From positions 2,852,001 to 2,916,000 of the forward strand of contig CM022675.1 in the NCBI GenBank assembly GCA_012295275.1: a DNA stretch of 64,000 bases, written 5' to 3'. The notes below the pieces were generated by a model. That model worked only from the letters and a program-made list of their open reading frames with translations, was not told the DNA's origin and searched no databases. Positions 62,211 to 64,000 of the stretch are shown here, piece by piece (positions within the stretch are counted from its first letter, which is position 1; each line of letters begins with the position of its first letter). Both the position numbers and the translations under genes were made by a program. The stretch is from Chrysomallon squamiferum. Its lineage: Eukaryota > Animalia > Mollusca.

Positions 62211-64000
62211 GGGGCCCAATATTGAGTCTAATTGCCGAGGTATGAAAAGCCATAACTTTGATTCTGTTTTTTAAATGTATTTATTTATTTATTTCTATAT
62301 CACATAGATACCTTAAGTGATAGAAAAGCAAAGGAGACCACAGAGAGGAACAGTAGGTGCCAGCAGGCAAATTTTTTCAGACTTTAATTTCTTATAATAT
62401 GCAAAAAAGTTAGCATGTAATGAAAGCTGTAGCAAAAAGAAACAAAACACACAAAAAGTTATGACTCAAAAGGTATATGCAAATTGGTACGGCAAGTAAT
62501 TTGGACTGTTTTCAGTCCTATTTTGGCTAATTTGCAGAAAGGGCTACTTTGGCCAGGTGTAGTTTGAAAAGTAATTGACACAAAAGTCTGAAAATCAACA
62601 AGAGTGATGGGTCCACCTTGCTAAATGACGACAATATTTTTCAGACCTGTATGTTTGTATGTGTGTTTACAATAACATGCTAAACATGCCAAAATTACAG
62701 ATGGCAGAATCATTAAGATTGCAAACTGACACTATAACGTCTGTTTTGGCCAATTTAAAAAATGCAGCCTGTGTTGTGAACAGTTTTTAAAGACCTTTCA
62801 AATGATACTAAAAATATTGTTAGTCCCCCCCCCCCCAAGAAAAAGTGACTTCTGACTTCACCCAATCAGCAGTTTGAATTAAAATTATTATTTCATTTCT
62901 GAGATACAAAAAGCATTTGTACTTCTGTAAGCTAAGAAGGCCTTTTCTCACAGGAAATACAGCTGTTTTCACTGAATCTTGCATGAATAGAATGAGCATC
63001 ACACAAGGTCCAGATATGTCCATTTGTTAATGTCATTGCAAAGTCTGACAGGCTGACAGATTCTACAACTGCCTGGTCTTCTATCTGTGGCCATTTGTGA
63101 TGCAACACCTTTCCATAAAACTGACTGTTGCACTCTTATCATGTAGAATGGTCTGAATTTCTCCTATGTAGAAACTGTCTTCATAGCCAATGACTAAGTG
63201 CATGCCAGGTCAACCATTCTGGTAGGAGAAACTAGTCAGCAATGTCTTCCACAGTGTTAGAAGCATTGCTACCACTGTTGTCAGATGACATTTAATGACA
63301 TTTTCTTTGACATTCTTCCTTCTTTTGTACACCTATGTCTAGCTCCTGTACATTTTGTTCATCCTCACCACCAAGAAACTGCTTGAGACTGGCCACAAGC
63401 TTCTGGGTTACTTTCAGAAGTGTTGATTTCACCCTCAAAGTCAGCTTCTGGTACTGGACTTAAGCTTTGAGAGCCAAGAGCTGGTCTGTCACCTTTGCAT
63501 AGGCTCTCAAAATGTGGTCAATATCTCTTGCAGTTTTGCATGGTCCTCTGTGGGGCCACAATGTCTTGGTGATGTTTTCTTTTTTCTGCCTTTGTCTTTC
63601 TTCAACTGCAGCCTTCCTTGCACAGTTATCTGTCAGAGCTTCTTGACTCACTGCTAGGCATTCACTTCATTAGCAATGTGTTTTCTTCGCAGTTCTTTTG
63701 CTTGTGAAGTTGCCAAACACAATGTTGCTGTTTTTTGCTCTTCTGAGAGTTTGGAGAACCAGTTTGACATACTCTTGTTTCCTACTAACATGTTGATGCT
63801 GGGTGATAATATGCAGACACATTCCATCTCTTAAATATGCTGACATCCAAGTCTCCAAAATGAGCAAGTATATAATAATAAGAAGAAGAAGAAGAAGAGT
63901 GAAAACACTGGAAAAAAAAAAATCTAGGAAAAGGCTAGAGGCAACTGGGAAGGAATACACATTTATATCAGAGAAAACTGTCAAAACTGCAGTGAGACAT
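62211..64000 (-). mobile_element. Probable degenerate DNA-transposon coding remnant, family unresolved
   Basis: Broken minus-strand frames (TLRRAKNSNIVFGNFTSKRT; HRGPCKTARDIDHILRAY...LLALKA*VQYQKLTL) resembling C-terminal parts of uncharacterised invertebrate transposase-like proteins; multiple stops and frameshifts. Confidence 0.4.

Overview
This is AT-rich, intron-rich animal DNA, most likely a mollusc/gastropod (inferred from the gene families, TTAGGG-type repeats and SINE-like remnants). All gene models were built by hand from splice signals and exon phase. Left to right: (1) the last six coding exons of a PDE11-like cyclic-nucleotide phosphodiesterase (+, to 4896). (2) An NLR-like gene (+, ATG 11838 to ~17354) with an acidic N-terminus, a RHIM-like motif, a STAND (nSTAND3-type) NTPase and ankyrin repeats; it has two single-base frameshifts and a Tigger remnant in an intron. 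(3) A ~17 kb block of decayed intron-containing genes: a BTB-PHR 3' fragment, an unprocessed methionyl-tRNA synthetase pseudogene (-), a head-to-head unidentified degenerate gene (+), and a BTB-BACK-PHR pseudogene (+). (4) A ~17-exon gene (+, ~40245-55954) joining about five PARP9/PARP14-type macrodomains to a DTX3L-type RING-DTC E3 module, with an IRF/ISRE-like site in its putative promoter, a GC-AG intron and one single-base frameshift. (5) DNA-transposon remnants at the right end. Micro- and minisatellites are scattered throughout. The best leads are the macrodomain-Deltex fusion and the RHIM-like/STAND/ankyrin receptor, which together suggest an innate-immunity locus.
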